From: Anaeramoeba ignava BMAN | Taxonomy: Eukaryota > Protista > Anaeramoebae | Assembly: GCA_028826165.1 (NCBI GenBank) | Contig: JAPDFW010000117.1 | Location: forward strand, 112,487-176,486 | Direction of reading: 5' to 3' | DNA length: 64,000 bases | In this document: piece by piece, positions 27,386-39,066 of the stretch | How the letters are laid out: the number at the start of each line of letters is the position of its first letter | Position numbering within the stretch: the stretch's first letter is position 1 | Notes under the pieces: generated by a model | Seen by the model: the letters and a program-made list of their open reading frames with translations, nothing else | Told to the model about the DNA's origin: nothing | Database searches by the model: none | Program-made: the position numbers and the translations under genes

Positions 27386-29193
27386 ATGTTAAAAAATTAT
27401 TCAAATTTAAATTCAAATTCAAAAATTAGATCAAATCAAATTCAAAAAGAAAAATTGGAAAATTTAAAAAAAATTCTTCAAAATCCCAATTTTTTTCAAA
27501 CAAGAGAAGATAAACCTAAAAAATTATCACTTGATATTTTATTAGAAATTCCAAAATTAAAAGGTTTTGTTTTTTAAAAAAAAAAAAGTGGAACAAAATT
27601 TTCTTTTCAATTTTATTAACTTTTTTTTATTAATTTTTATTTAGAAATTTCAAAAAATCAATTCAAAATTGTTTTTCTAAAAAAATTATCAATTTGTAAT
27701 CAAATTTATTATTTTGAAAAAATGAATCCAATCAAAATGGAAAAATTTGAATATAAATTGAAAACTTTAAGAAATTTCAAAAACGATCACAAATATCTTA
27801 TTTTCAAAATTACTTCAAATGGTAAAAAAAAGATTTTTTTTGGAAAATTTTAATCTAAATTCTAATTAATTTTTTTTTTTAAAATGGAAAACAAAGATTT
27901 CAAATAATTTGTTTGATTATTTTCCTCATTTTGATTTAGAAGAAAAACAAGAAGAAGAAATAATTTTAAAAAAAATGGAATTTTATTGGAAACAAAATCA
28001 ATGGATTTTTACAATATTTTTGAAATTAATTAATTTCCCCAATTTTCCAGGAAAGTTTAAAGAAGAAATGTTGAATTCAAAACTAATTTCTCAAGTAAAT
28101 TTCAATTTTTTTCATTTTTCAAAAAATAGAAATTTCATTTTTCTTCTTTATTTTTTAGATTTTCTCTCTATTTCAAAACAAAGACCCAAAAGTTGAAGAA
28201 TCAGTTAAATTAATTTTACAGTCAATTTCTTTACATTTATTGAAAAAACGAAATTTTATTTTTGGCAAAATTACAGAATTATTATATGAGGTTTTATATA
28301 ATGGAAATTTAAAGGAAATTCAAGCAAATGAAAGTTTATTGTTTATTTTTGAATTGGCACAAAATATTCTTCATCAATTTCCAAAACAAATTACATCTTC
28401 ACAAAAAAGATTTTTGATGAAGATATTAATTCCTTTCCAAAAGCATGATTCTTATCATAAATTTGCATCAGAAATAACACAATGTATTTTGGAGGTTGTT
28501 GAAAAAAAAAGGGAATTAATAATAGAAGTAATTTTTCAAATGATAAAAAAATGGCCAACTCAAAATTATATGAATGAGAATTCTTGTTTGAAGCAATTAG
28601 AAATTTTGATTAATCACATGAAACTCCAAGAATTAGAAGTTATTTTTATTCCAGTTTTTAAGAAAGTATCATCCAAGTTTAATGATGGGAATTTTGTTGT
28701 TTCAGAATCAGCCTTTCGTTTTTTTGAAAATGAAATTAATTTTGGTTTAGTTAAAACAAAATTGAAAGTTGTTTTACCAGAAATTTATCCAGATTTAAAA
28801 TATTGTTCTGAAAATCATTGGAATGAATCAATTAGAAAATTAGCTTTGGATATGATTTCTTATATTGATAATTTAGATCATAATTATTTGACAAAAATGG
28901 AAAAGGAATATGAAGAGAAAAAAGAAGGAAGATCAATTCAAGAAAAAGAGAGGGAATTAAAATGGGAAAAAATATTTTTAAATTTTAAGGAAGGAGAGCA
29001 AAATTCAAATAATATAAATAATATAAATAATATAAATAATATTAAATCAAATATTAAATCAAATAATATAAATAACAAATCAAATAATAAATCTAATAAT
29101 TTAAATAACAAATTAAATAATAAATCAAATAATTTAAATAACAAATCAAATAATAAATCTAATAATATAAATAATATAAATAATAAAAAATAA
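27386..29193 (+). CDS. divergent PP2A B56 (B') regulatory subunit; exons about 27386-27563, 27645-27821 (probable 1-nt indel), 27898-28094, 28159-29193
   Basis: ISNNLF, LFQNKDPK, KILIPFQK, IKKWPTQN, NFVVSESAFRFFENE, LPEIYPDL...NHWNESIR; N-rich tail. Confidence 0.8.
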
Positions 29194-30030
29194 TATAAAT
29201 AATAAATCAAATAATTCAAATATTAAATCAAATATTAAATCAAATATTTCAAATATTAATTCAAATATTAATTCAAATATTAATTCAAATATTAATTTAA
29301 ATAAATCAAATATTAAATCAAAATAATATAAATAATATAAATAATATAAATCAAATATTAAATCAAATATTAAATCTAATAATATAAATAATAAATCAAA
29401 TATTAAATTCAAAATTAAATTAAATTACAAATAAATAAAATATAAATAAAAATAAATTTAATTTTAAATTTTAATTCAAAAATTAAAATCAAATAATATA
29501 AATAATAAATAATATAAATAATTCAAATATTAAATCAAAATTTTTAAACAAATATTAACAAATATTTTAAATCAAATATTAAATAATAAAATCAAAATTA
29601 AATCAAATAAAAATCAAATAAATCAAATATTAAATAAAATAAATCAAATATTAAATCAAAATAAATCAAATAAAATCAAAATTAAATCAAATTAAATGAA
29701 CTAATCAAATATTAAATCAAATATTAAATCAATATTAAATCAAATATTAAATCAAATATTTCAAATCAAATATTTCAAATATTAAATCAAATATTAAATC
29801 AAATACAATCAAATAAATCAAATATTAAATCAAATATTAAATCAAATATTAAATCAAATATTAAATCAAATATTAAATCAAATAATAAATCAAATAATAA
29901 ATCAAATAATAAATCAAATAATTCAAATATTAATTCAAATAATTCAAATAATAAATCAAATATTAATTCAAATATTAATTCAAATATTAATTCAAATATT
30001 AATTCAAATAATAAATCAAATATTAGTTCA
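29190..30030. repeat. degenerate 12-mer satellite (AATATTAAATCA)n continuing from the B56 N-rich tail into the intergenic region
   Basis: Directly visible. Confidence 0.8.
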
Positions 30031-30139
30031 AAAAATAGTTCAAAAAATAATCAAACAAAAAGATTGATTGAACACTTTTTTCATTCTCAAAAAAAAACAA
30101 AATAAAATTTAATGGAAAAATGGATAGATTTTAATTTGA

Positions 30140-32148
30140 TTAAATCTTTAAAAAAAATTGAAGAAAAGAATTTAAATTTAAACCAAAATAATTAATAGAA
30201 TCAAATAATTCCTTTTTTGAAGATTTTGATAATTTTGAAATATCAATGGAATCAGTATAAAAAAAACTAATCAAAGATTCCATTGTTTGAAAGGATTTCT
30301 TGCTTTGTTCAACAACTGAATTAGAAGGATCATTAACACTTAAAAACATTCCTTTAAATAATTCTGATCTTGCAAACAAAATTAATTTATGAACTTTAAT
30401 AACTGAATTTGACTTATTTGATTCAATAATAATTTCAAAATCTTTTGATTCAGAATCATTGAATAAATTTGTTAAATCTTTAATAAGATTTTTTTTGCCA
30501 ACTTTTTTTGGAAAAAAAGAATCTCCAAACAAATCATTAAAAAAATCAATAACAATTTGATTTCTAAAAGGATATCCAGTATAAATAAATTCAAGAATAG
30601 TTTCTGCGATTTCAAAAGGTTCTTTTTGAATATTTTCAAGAAATTTCTCAAATTGATTTTCTAAACGCAATTTTAAAATTAAAGAATGAGCTTGAATTTC
30701 TTTTCCTTGAGTTTTGATATTTATATCATATAATCCTCCTTCTTTTAATAATAATTTCATATCTTCACAAAGTGAATCATAACATTTAATAAGAGTTTGA
30801 ATTCTTTTGCTTTTTGTTAATTGTTCTAATTTTTTTTCCTAATTTAAAAAAAAAAAGCAAATAAAAAAGTTGGAATTTTTTTTTTAAAAAAATTTATTTA
30901 CTTTTAATATAAAAGTTTTATCTGCTCCATAATCTAAGACTAATTCGATATTTTTCAATGGAGCATTATTGATTAGCATTAAATAAAGAACAGATTCACT
31001 CTTTAATATTTTTTTTTAAAATAAATAAATGAATAAATATTTTTTTCTAATTTTTTACTGTTTCAGTTTTTGCTCCTTTTGATAATAAATATTCTGCAAT
31101 TTCATATTTATCAAAAGCATTAAAAAGAGGAGTAAAATCCTTTTATTTTTTTTATAAAAGAAAAATCAAGAGAATTAGGGAAAAATTTGGAATTAATTTT
31201 TTTTTTTACATCCTAAAAAAAATAAATTAAAATTTAAAAAGAATTCAATTTAAATTTAAATTTAATTTACACACTTAAAAAAAACAAACAATTTATTTTT
31301 TTTATTTTTATTTATTATTTATTATTTAAATTTAAATAAAAAAGTGGAACAAAAACAAATTTTTTTTTACATCAAGAGTATCAACTTCAGATCCTGATTC
31401 AATAAGGAATTTAACAATTTCTAAAGTGTTTTTATTTCTGCAAACGTAATGAAGTGGAATTAAACCCTTTAATTTTTTTTTAATATTAAAAACAAATAAA
31501 AAATAGAATATAAATTATAAATACAGCCTAAAAATAATTTAATAGAATTAAAATAAGTATTTGAATATAAAAAGGATAAATCAATTACTTCCTAATTTTC
31601 AAATTAATTTTTTAATTTTGATTTTAATTTTAATTTTAATTTTGATTTTAAATAAAAAAATACATTTTGAATATTAGGATTTGCTCCAGAATTTATTAAA
31701 AGTTTAATTACTTCTATTCTTGGTTTATCAAAACATTCATTATGTAAAGCTGTATTATTCTTAAATTTAAATTTGATTTAAATTGAAATTGAAATGGAAT
31801 TTAATTGAAAATTAAACTTAAATTACAAACTAAATAAAATTTAAAAAAAGAAAATTAATAGAATTTTAAATTTTAAGTAAAATTTATTGATTAAATTTTT
31901 TACTGACTTTTTAAATTAAAATTTTTAATTTAGAATTTTTGGATTTTTTAAATAGAATTTTAAATACATCTTTTTTATTAATATCAACACCATTTTTAAT
32001 TAAATTTTTAATAAAATCAAAACTTTTTTTTTTTTCACAAGCATTTTGTAATTCGGATAAATCCTAAAAAAAATCAAAAACAATTTAAAATTAAAAATTA
32101 TAAATTAAATTAAAAAATTAAAATTACATCAGATTCACTTGAACTCAT
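30140..32148 (-). CDS. ankyrin-BTB-BTB protein (401 aa), 13 exons: 32148-32128, 32063-31968, 31906-31904, 31829-31827, 31759-31664, 31591-31589, 31527-31525, 31466-31371, 31273-31271, 31212-31210, 31139-31059, 31000-30902, 30838-30140
   Basis: All 12 introns are GT-AG, phase 0, 58-97 nt; the spliced product gives regular 34-aa ankyrin repeats followed by BTB-BTB (IQAHSLILKLR; IKVHKLILFARSELFKGMF). Confidence 0.8.
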
Positions 32149-32245
32149 TTATAATTTTAATTTTTTAATTTTTTAATTTTAATAAAAAAAAAAAAACGGA
32201 AAAATAGAAAAATTTTTTTTCATTTTTTTTTTCAATTTTTTAAAA

Positions 32246-32980
32246 ATGATTTTTCCAAATCCTTTAATTTTACAACAAGCACCAGTTTTTGTTCAACAAG
32301 AAAGTGAAACAGTTAGAAATCGGTTTATAAGAAAAATCTACACAACTTTAACAATTCAAATACTAACAACATACATTATATTCAGAATAATATTATCACT
32401 TCCATTAAAACAAAGAGAAGAATTATTTTCAGGATCATTAATTTTATTAACAACTTTAATAGCAATAATATCATTAGGATTATCAATTTTTGAAAGAAAT
32501 AAATATCCAAGAAATTTAGTTTATTTGGCTTTATGGACTTTTTTTCAAGCTTTAACTTTAGGCTTTTCTTTGGCTTCAATTAGTCAACCTTCAATTGTCA
32601 AAATTGCCTTTAAATTTGCAACTGGAATTTTTGCATTATTAACAATGTTCACTTTTCAAAACCGTTTTTCAATTGATCGTTATTCTTTGATTTTTTTCAC
32701 CTCTTCTTTGGAAACTTTGTGGATTGTTTTGTATACTTTTATTTATCCTGCTGACTTTTATTATTATGGTAGATACTATCTTTTTTCTTTGATTTCAATC
32801 GTTATTTTTTCTGTTTATGTTATTTTGGATACTTCAAGAATTTTGGATTCTGTTAATCAAAATGATTGGGTTTTGGCTGTTATTCTTTTATATTTTGATT
32901 TTATTCGTTTATTTATGAAACTTCTGAGATTGTTACAAAGAATTTCTGAAAATGAAAAAAAGAAACAAAGGAGAAAATAA
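32246..32980 (+). CDS. TMBIM/Bax inhibitor-1 (lifeguard-like) membrane protein, copy 1
   Basis: VRNRFIRKIYTTLTIQ, YPRNL, FTFQ, VILDT...LYFDFIRLF; about 7 hydrophobic segments. Confidence 0.9.
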   Translation: MIFPNPLILQQAPVFVQQESETVRNRFIRKIYTTLTIQILTTYIIFRIILSLPLKQREELFSGSLILLTTLIAIISLGLSIFERNKYPRNLVYLALWTFFQALTLGFSLASISQPSIVKIAFKFATGIFALLTMFTFQNRFSIDRYSLIFFTSSLETLWIVLYTFIYPADFYYYGRYYLFSLISIVIFSVYVILDTSRILDSVNQNDWVLAVILLYFDFIRLFMKLLRLLQRISENEKKKQRRK

Positions 32981-33220
32981 TTTTTGAAACAAAATTTTGA
33001 ATTTGAAACAAAATTTTGAACTTGATTTTTGAATTTGAATTTGAAATAAAATTTGATTTTGATTTTGAATTTGAATTTGAAACAAAATTTGAATTTGATT
33101 TTAATTTTTAATTTGAATTTGAATTTGAATTTGAAACAAAATTTTGAATTTGATTTTGATTTTGAATTGATTTTGAATTTGAATTTGATTTTGAATTTAA
33201 AATAAAATTGGAATTTGAAT

Positions 33221-33267
33221 TTTCATTTTTTCATTTTTTTATTTCATTTTTTTATTTCATTTTTAAA
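33221..33267 (+). promoter_or_regulatory. example of the tandem TTTCATTTT initiator-like element found just upstream of most start codons
   Basis: Four TTCATTT copies before the ATG at 33268; the same sense-strand motif occurs before 329, 1606, 5532, 32246, 34041, 46069 and, as AAATGAAA on +, upstream of most minus-strand genes. Confidence 0.6.
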
Positions 33268-33987
33268 ATGATTGCAGAAAATCCTTTAATTTTACATAAT
33301 ATGCCAGTTTTGGTTCAATATGAAAATGTTCAAATCAGAAATAGATTTATGAGAAAAATCTACACAACTTTAACAATTCAAATAATGATAACATACATTA
33401 TATTCAGAATAATATTATCACTTCCATTAAAACAAAGAGAAGAATTATCAAAATCAATAATTTTAATTTTAACAACAGCATTATTAACAATAATATTCAT
33501 AGGATTAGCAATTTTTGAAAGAACTAATTATCCAAGAAACTTAATCTATTTGATCTTACTTTCTTTTTTTGAAGCTTTAACTTTAAGCTTTTCTTTGGCT
33601 TCAATTAGTCAACCTTCAATTGTTAAAACTGCTTTTAAATTAACAGCAGGAATTTTTGGATTATTAACAATGTTTACTTTTCAAAACCGTTTTTCAATCG
33701 ATCGAATTTCTACTATTTTTTTCATCTCTTTTTTGGAACTGTTACTTATTATTTTTGTCTCCATTTTGAATCCTTATGATTTTTATATTTATCCTGGTTA
33801 TTATGTTATTTTAATGATTTCAATCGTGATTTTTTGCTTTTATATTGTTTTTGATACTGTAAGAGTTTTGGATTCTCTGAATGAAGATGAATGGGTTTTG
33901 GCTGTTATTATCTTATATTTTGATTTTCTTCGTTTATTTATGAAAATTCTTGAATTATTATCTTATCTTGCCAAAAAGAATAAATAA
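33268..33987 (+). CDS. TMBIM/Bax inhibitor-1 membrane protein, copy 2
   Basis: Tandem paralog; start placed at the ATG at 33268 (MIAENPL), after TTTCATTTT motifs. Confidence 0.9.
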   Translation: MIAENPLILHNMPVLVQYENVQIRNRFMRKIYTTLTIQIMITYIIFRIILSLPLKQREELSKSIILILTTALLTIIFIGLAIFERTNYPRNLIYLILLSFFEALTLSFSLASISQPSIVKTAFKLTAGIFGLLTMFTFQNRFSIDRISTIFFISFLELLLIIFVSILNPYDFYIYPGYYVILMISIVIFCFYIVFDTVRVLDSLNEDEWVLAVIILYFDFLRLFMKILELLSYLAKKNK

Positions 33988-34040
33988 AAAAAATTTGATT
34001 TTTGTTTTCATTTTTTCATTTTTTACATTTTTTTCATTTT

Positions 34041-34937
34041 ATGATTCAAGATAATTTTCAAAGATATCAAAGACAAACAATTCTTCCAAATTTTGGTCAA
34101 GAATCTCAACAAAAATTACTTAATTCTTCTTGTTTAGTTGTTGGAGCTGGTGGATTAGGTTCTCCTGTAATTTTATATTTAGCTTCTGCTGGAATTGGTA
34201 ATTAAATCAAAAAAAATATTAAATTTTTTAATTTGAAATTTTTAATTTGAAATTTTAATTAATTTTAGGCAAAATTGGAATTGTAAAATTTCCCAAAAAG
34301 CAAAAAAAAAAGTTCTCAAAAAAAATTTTTTTTCTTCTTTAAAAAATAAAAGGTTGATTTTGATGTTGTTGATGTTTCAAATTTACAAAGACAAATCATT
34401 CATTCTGAAGAAAGAATCAATCAAAACAAAGCAAAATCAGCTCAAAAAACAGTTGAACTATTAAATTCAGAAATTAAATGTGAAATTTTTGAAGAAAAAA
34501 TAACTGAAGAAAATGCGAATGAAATCATTTCCAAATTTGATATTGTAGTTTCATGTGTTGATTCATACGATTCAAGATATGAAATAAATAAAGTATGTTC
34601 AAATTTGAACAAGCCAATGATAAGTGGAAGTGTTAATGGTTGGCAAGGCCAAATTACTACACTTTGTTATAAAGATGGACCTTGTTTTAATTGTTTATAT
34701 CCTGAAAAACCAAAAACTTTAGTTGAAACAAATGGAATAATTGGACCTGTTGCTGGTTTTATTGGTTCTTTACAAGCAATTGAAACTATTAAAATTCTTA
34801 TTGGTCAATCTCCTAATTATCATCTTAAAATGGGAATTTTTGATGGAGAAAATGGAAATTTTAGAATTATGAAAATTCGTGGAAAACAAAAGAATTGCAA
34901 AGTTTGTGGAATAAAAAAAGAAGAAGATCAAAAATAA
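34041..34937 (+). CDS. MoeB/ThiF/UBA4(MOCS3)-like adenylyltransferase without rhodanese domain; exons 34041-34197, 34269-34282, 34353-34937
   Basis: RYQRQTIL, VVGAGGLGSP, VDFDVVDVSNLQRQ, two CxxC zinc motifs (CFNC, CKVC). Confidence 0.88.
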
Positions 34938-34997
34938 ATTAAATATTTTTTTTTTTAAACTAAATTTTAAATTAAACTTAAACTAAATTTTTTTTAA

Positions 34998-37900
34998 TTA
35001 TTCTTTATTTGCTTTAATTCCCTTTTTTGATCTTCTTTTTTCCTTTTTTTTCTTTTTTTCTTTTTTTCTTTCTTTTTCTTCTTTTTCTTCTTTTTCTTCT
35101 TTCGGAAATGGAACTGATTCTGGTTCTGAATCTTCTTCCAAAAGAAGTTCAAGTTGTTTAACTGCTTCAAAAAATAAATCTGCAACTTTTTTCACTTCAG
35201 ATTTTGTTGTTGATCTTCCCATACTTACTCTCATTGCATTTCTAGCAATTTCTTCAGGAATATGAGAATTAAGAAGAACTTGAGAAACACTTGAACTAAT
35301 AAATAAATCAAAAATTAAAAAAGCAAATAAAAAAATTAGGAACTTTTTTTTTGATTTATTTTTGCTAATTAAATTAATAAATGATTACATTTCTCTTGTT
35401 TGAACATGACAAGCAGCACCAAGTCCTGTTTCAACTTGAGGACATTGAAATAGAATATTTAATCCTGTTGATTCTTTTCCTATAAAACTGAAATTGCAAG
35501 TATTTGGAATTCTTTCTGAAAAATCATTTTTTCCATTAATATTAATTTTAAAATCTGATTCTAATAAAAGTTTTTCGAAATAATCTCTAACTTCAAGTAA
35601 ATGATTATAAAAACCAAAAACATTTTCTTTAACAATCAAAGCAGCCTTTAATAATAAAAATTTTAATATAAAAAATAAATAATAATATAAAAAATAAATA
35701 TATATACTTGTCCTAAACCAACAATCATAGCAGTATTTTCTGTTCCAGATCTATAATTTCTTTCTTGACCACCACCAAGAAAAATAGGTTTTAAAGGGTA
35801 ATTTTTATTAAAGAATATAGCACCAATTCTTGGGCCATAAAACTATTAATAAGAATAAAAAATAGAATAAAAAATAAGAATAAAAAATAAAATAAAAATG
35901 GAATAAAAAATGGAATAAAAAATGGAATAAAAAATGGAATAAAAAATGGAATAAAAAATGGAATAAAAAATAGAATAAAAAATAGAATAAAAAATGAAAT
36001 AAAAATAGAATAAAAAATAGAATAAAAATGGAATAAAAAATGGAATAAAAAATAAAATAAAAATGGAATAAAAAATGGAATAAAAAATAGAATAAAAAAT
36101 AGAATAAATAATGAAATAAAAAATGGAATAAAAAATGAAATAAAAAATGAAATAAAAAATGGAATAAAAAATGGAATAAAAAATAAAATAAAAAATGGAA
36201 TAAAAAATGAAATAAAAATGGAATAAAAAATGGAATAAAAAATGGAATAAAAAATGAAATAAAAAATGAAATAAAAAATGAAATAAAAAATAGAATAAAA
36301 AATAAAATAAAAAATGAAATAAAAAATAGAATAAAAAATAAAATAAAAAATGAAATAAAAAATTATTTTTTTTGAGAACTTACTTTATGACCAACAATAG
36401 TTAAATAATCTACTCTTAATTTTTTAACATCAACTGGTATTTTTCCAATTGCTTGAGCAGCATCAGTGTGAAATAAAATTTTATCTTTTAAATTATGTTC
36501 TTTTTGATAATCTTCAAGAACTTGAGCAATTTCAGAAATTGGTTGAATTATTCCTGTTTCATTATTTGCAAGCATAATTGTAACTAATTTAACTTCTGGA
36601 GTTAATAAATCTTTTATGGTTTGTGGTTCAACAAATCCATATTTACAAACTGGTGCAAAAATAACATTAATTCTTCCATCTTTTTCTAATTTTTTTAATG
36701 GATTCTCAATTGAAGGATGTTCAATGTTTGATGTAATTATTGTTGGTTTATCTTTATTTTTTAATTGTTAATTTTTTAATTTTGTTTTATTTGAATTTTT
36801 AATTTTTATTTATTTACTAAATTGTTCAGCAATTGAATTTATAACCATAAAATTGCTTTCTGTTCCTCCACTTGTAAAAATAATTTCTTGTGATTCACAA
36901 TTTATCCTTTTTTGATAATAAGATTATTTATAAAATTATTTATAAAATTAAATATAAAATTAATTATAAAATTATTTATAAAATTATATATAAAAATTAA
37001 TTATTTTAAAATTAATTATTAAATTAAATATAAAATTTATTTATAAAATTATTTATAAAATTAAATTAAAAAATAAAAAATTAATTATTAAATATTTTAA
37101 AATTAAAAATTATTTATAAAATTATTTATAAAATTATTTATAAAATTATTTATAAAATTATTTATAAAATTATTTATAAAATTATTTATAAAATTATTTA
37201 TAAAATTATTTATAAAATTATTTATAAAATTATTTATAAAATTATTTATAAAATTATAAATAAAATTATTTATAAAATTAATTATAAAATTATTTATAAA
37301 ATTATTTATAAAATTATTTATAAAATTATTTATAAAATTATTTATAAAATTATTTATAAAATTATTTATAAAAATTATTTATATAAATTATTTATAAAAA
37401 TTTATAAAATTATTTATAAAATTATTTATAAAAATTTATTATTTATAAAATTATTTATAAAATTATTTATAAAATTATTTATAAAATTAAATATAAAATT
37501 ATTTTAAAAATTATAAAATTTATAAAATTATTTATAAAAATATAAAATTATTTATAAAATTATTATAAAAATATAAAAAAATTATTTATAAAATTATTTA
37601 TAAAATTATTTATAAAATTATTTATAAAATTATTTATAAAATTATTTTTAAAATAAAATTATTTTAAAAAATTATTTATAAAATTATTTATAAAATTAAT
37701 TATAAAATTAATTATAAAATTATTTATAAAATTATTTATAAAATTATTAATAAAATTAATTATAAAAAATTATTTATAAAATTAAATATAAAATTATTTA
37801 TAAAATTATTTATAAAATTATTAATAAAATTAATTATAAAATTATTTATAAAATTAAATATAAAATTATTTATAAAATTAAATATAAAATTATTTATAAA

Positions 37901-38904
37901 ATTATTTATAAAATTATTTATAAAAAATTAATAAAATTAAATATAAAATTCCAATATAAAATAAAAATTTATAAAAATTTATAAAAATTTATAAAATTAT
38001 TTATAAAAAATATAAAATTATTTATAAAATTATTTATAAAATTATTTATAAAATTATTTTAAAATTATTTATAAAATTATTTTAAAATTATTTATAAAAT
38101 TATTTTTATAAAAAATTAAAATTATTTATAAAATTATTTATAAAATTATTTATAAAATTATTTAATAAAATTAATTTATAAAATTAATTATAAAATTATT
38201 TATAAAATTATTTATAAAATTATTTATAAAATTATTTATAAAATTATTTATAAAATTATTTTATAAAATTATTTATAAAATTATTTATAAAATTATTTTA
38301 TAAAAAAATTTATAAAATTATTTTAAAATTATTTTAAAATTATTTATAAAAAATTATAAAATTAAATATAAAATTATTTATAAAATTATTTATAAAATTA
38401 TTTATTTATTAAAATTATTTATAAAATTATTTATAAAATTATTTATAAAATTATTTATAAAATTATTTATAAAATTATTTATAAAATTAATTATTAAAAT
38501 TATTTATAAAATTATTTATAAAATTATTTATAAAATTATTTATAAAATTATTTATAAAATTATTTATAAAATTATTTATAAAATTATTTATAAAATTATT
38601 TATAAAATTATTTATAAAATTATTTATAAAATTATTTATAAAATTATTTATAAAATTATTTATTAAATTATTTATTAAATTATTTATAAAATTATTTATA
38701 AAATTAAATATAAAATTATTTATAAAAATTTTACATATCACCAATTTGTTTTCTTGCATTTTCAATAGCTTTATTTGCAATTTCACCAGAATTATAAGTT
38801 GAACTTGGATTAGCCCAATGAATTTTAAGACTTTCCAAAATTTTTTCATAAACTGTTGAATCAAGAGGAGTTGTAGCGTTATAATCCAAATAAATTTTTT
38901 CCAT
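34998..38904 (-). CDS. SCLY: selenocysteine-lyase-like class V PLP enzyme (NifS family); exons 38904-38735, 36906-36818, 36751-36384, 35842-35708, 35645-35389, 35295-34998
   Basis: [86 protein letters not shown]; motifs are closer to SCLY than to NFS1. Confidence 0.85.
35850..36360. repeat. intronic 11/12-mer satellite (AAAAAATGGAAT)n
   Basis: Fills intron 3 of the SCLY-like gene. Confidence 0.9.
36925..38730. repeat. 1.8-kb intronic 12-mer satellite (TTTATAAAATTA)n, almost free of G/C
   Basis: Fills intron 1 of the SCLY-like gene. Confidence 0.95.
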
Positions 38905-39066
38905 TTTTATTTATTTAAAATTAAAAGAAAAAGAAAAAAATAAAAAGCAAAAAAATTTAAAAAAAATAATTTTTTTTTTGCTTTTTTTTTTAATTTTTTT
39001 TTAATTCATTTTTCCTTCTTTTAATTCTTCTTTTTGTTTTTGTTTGTTTTTTTTCTTTTAAAAGAA

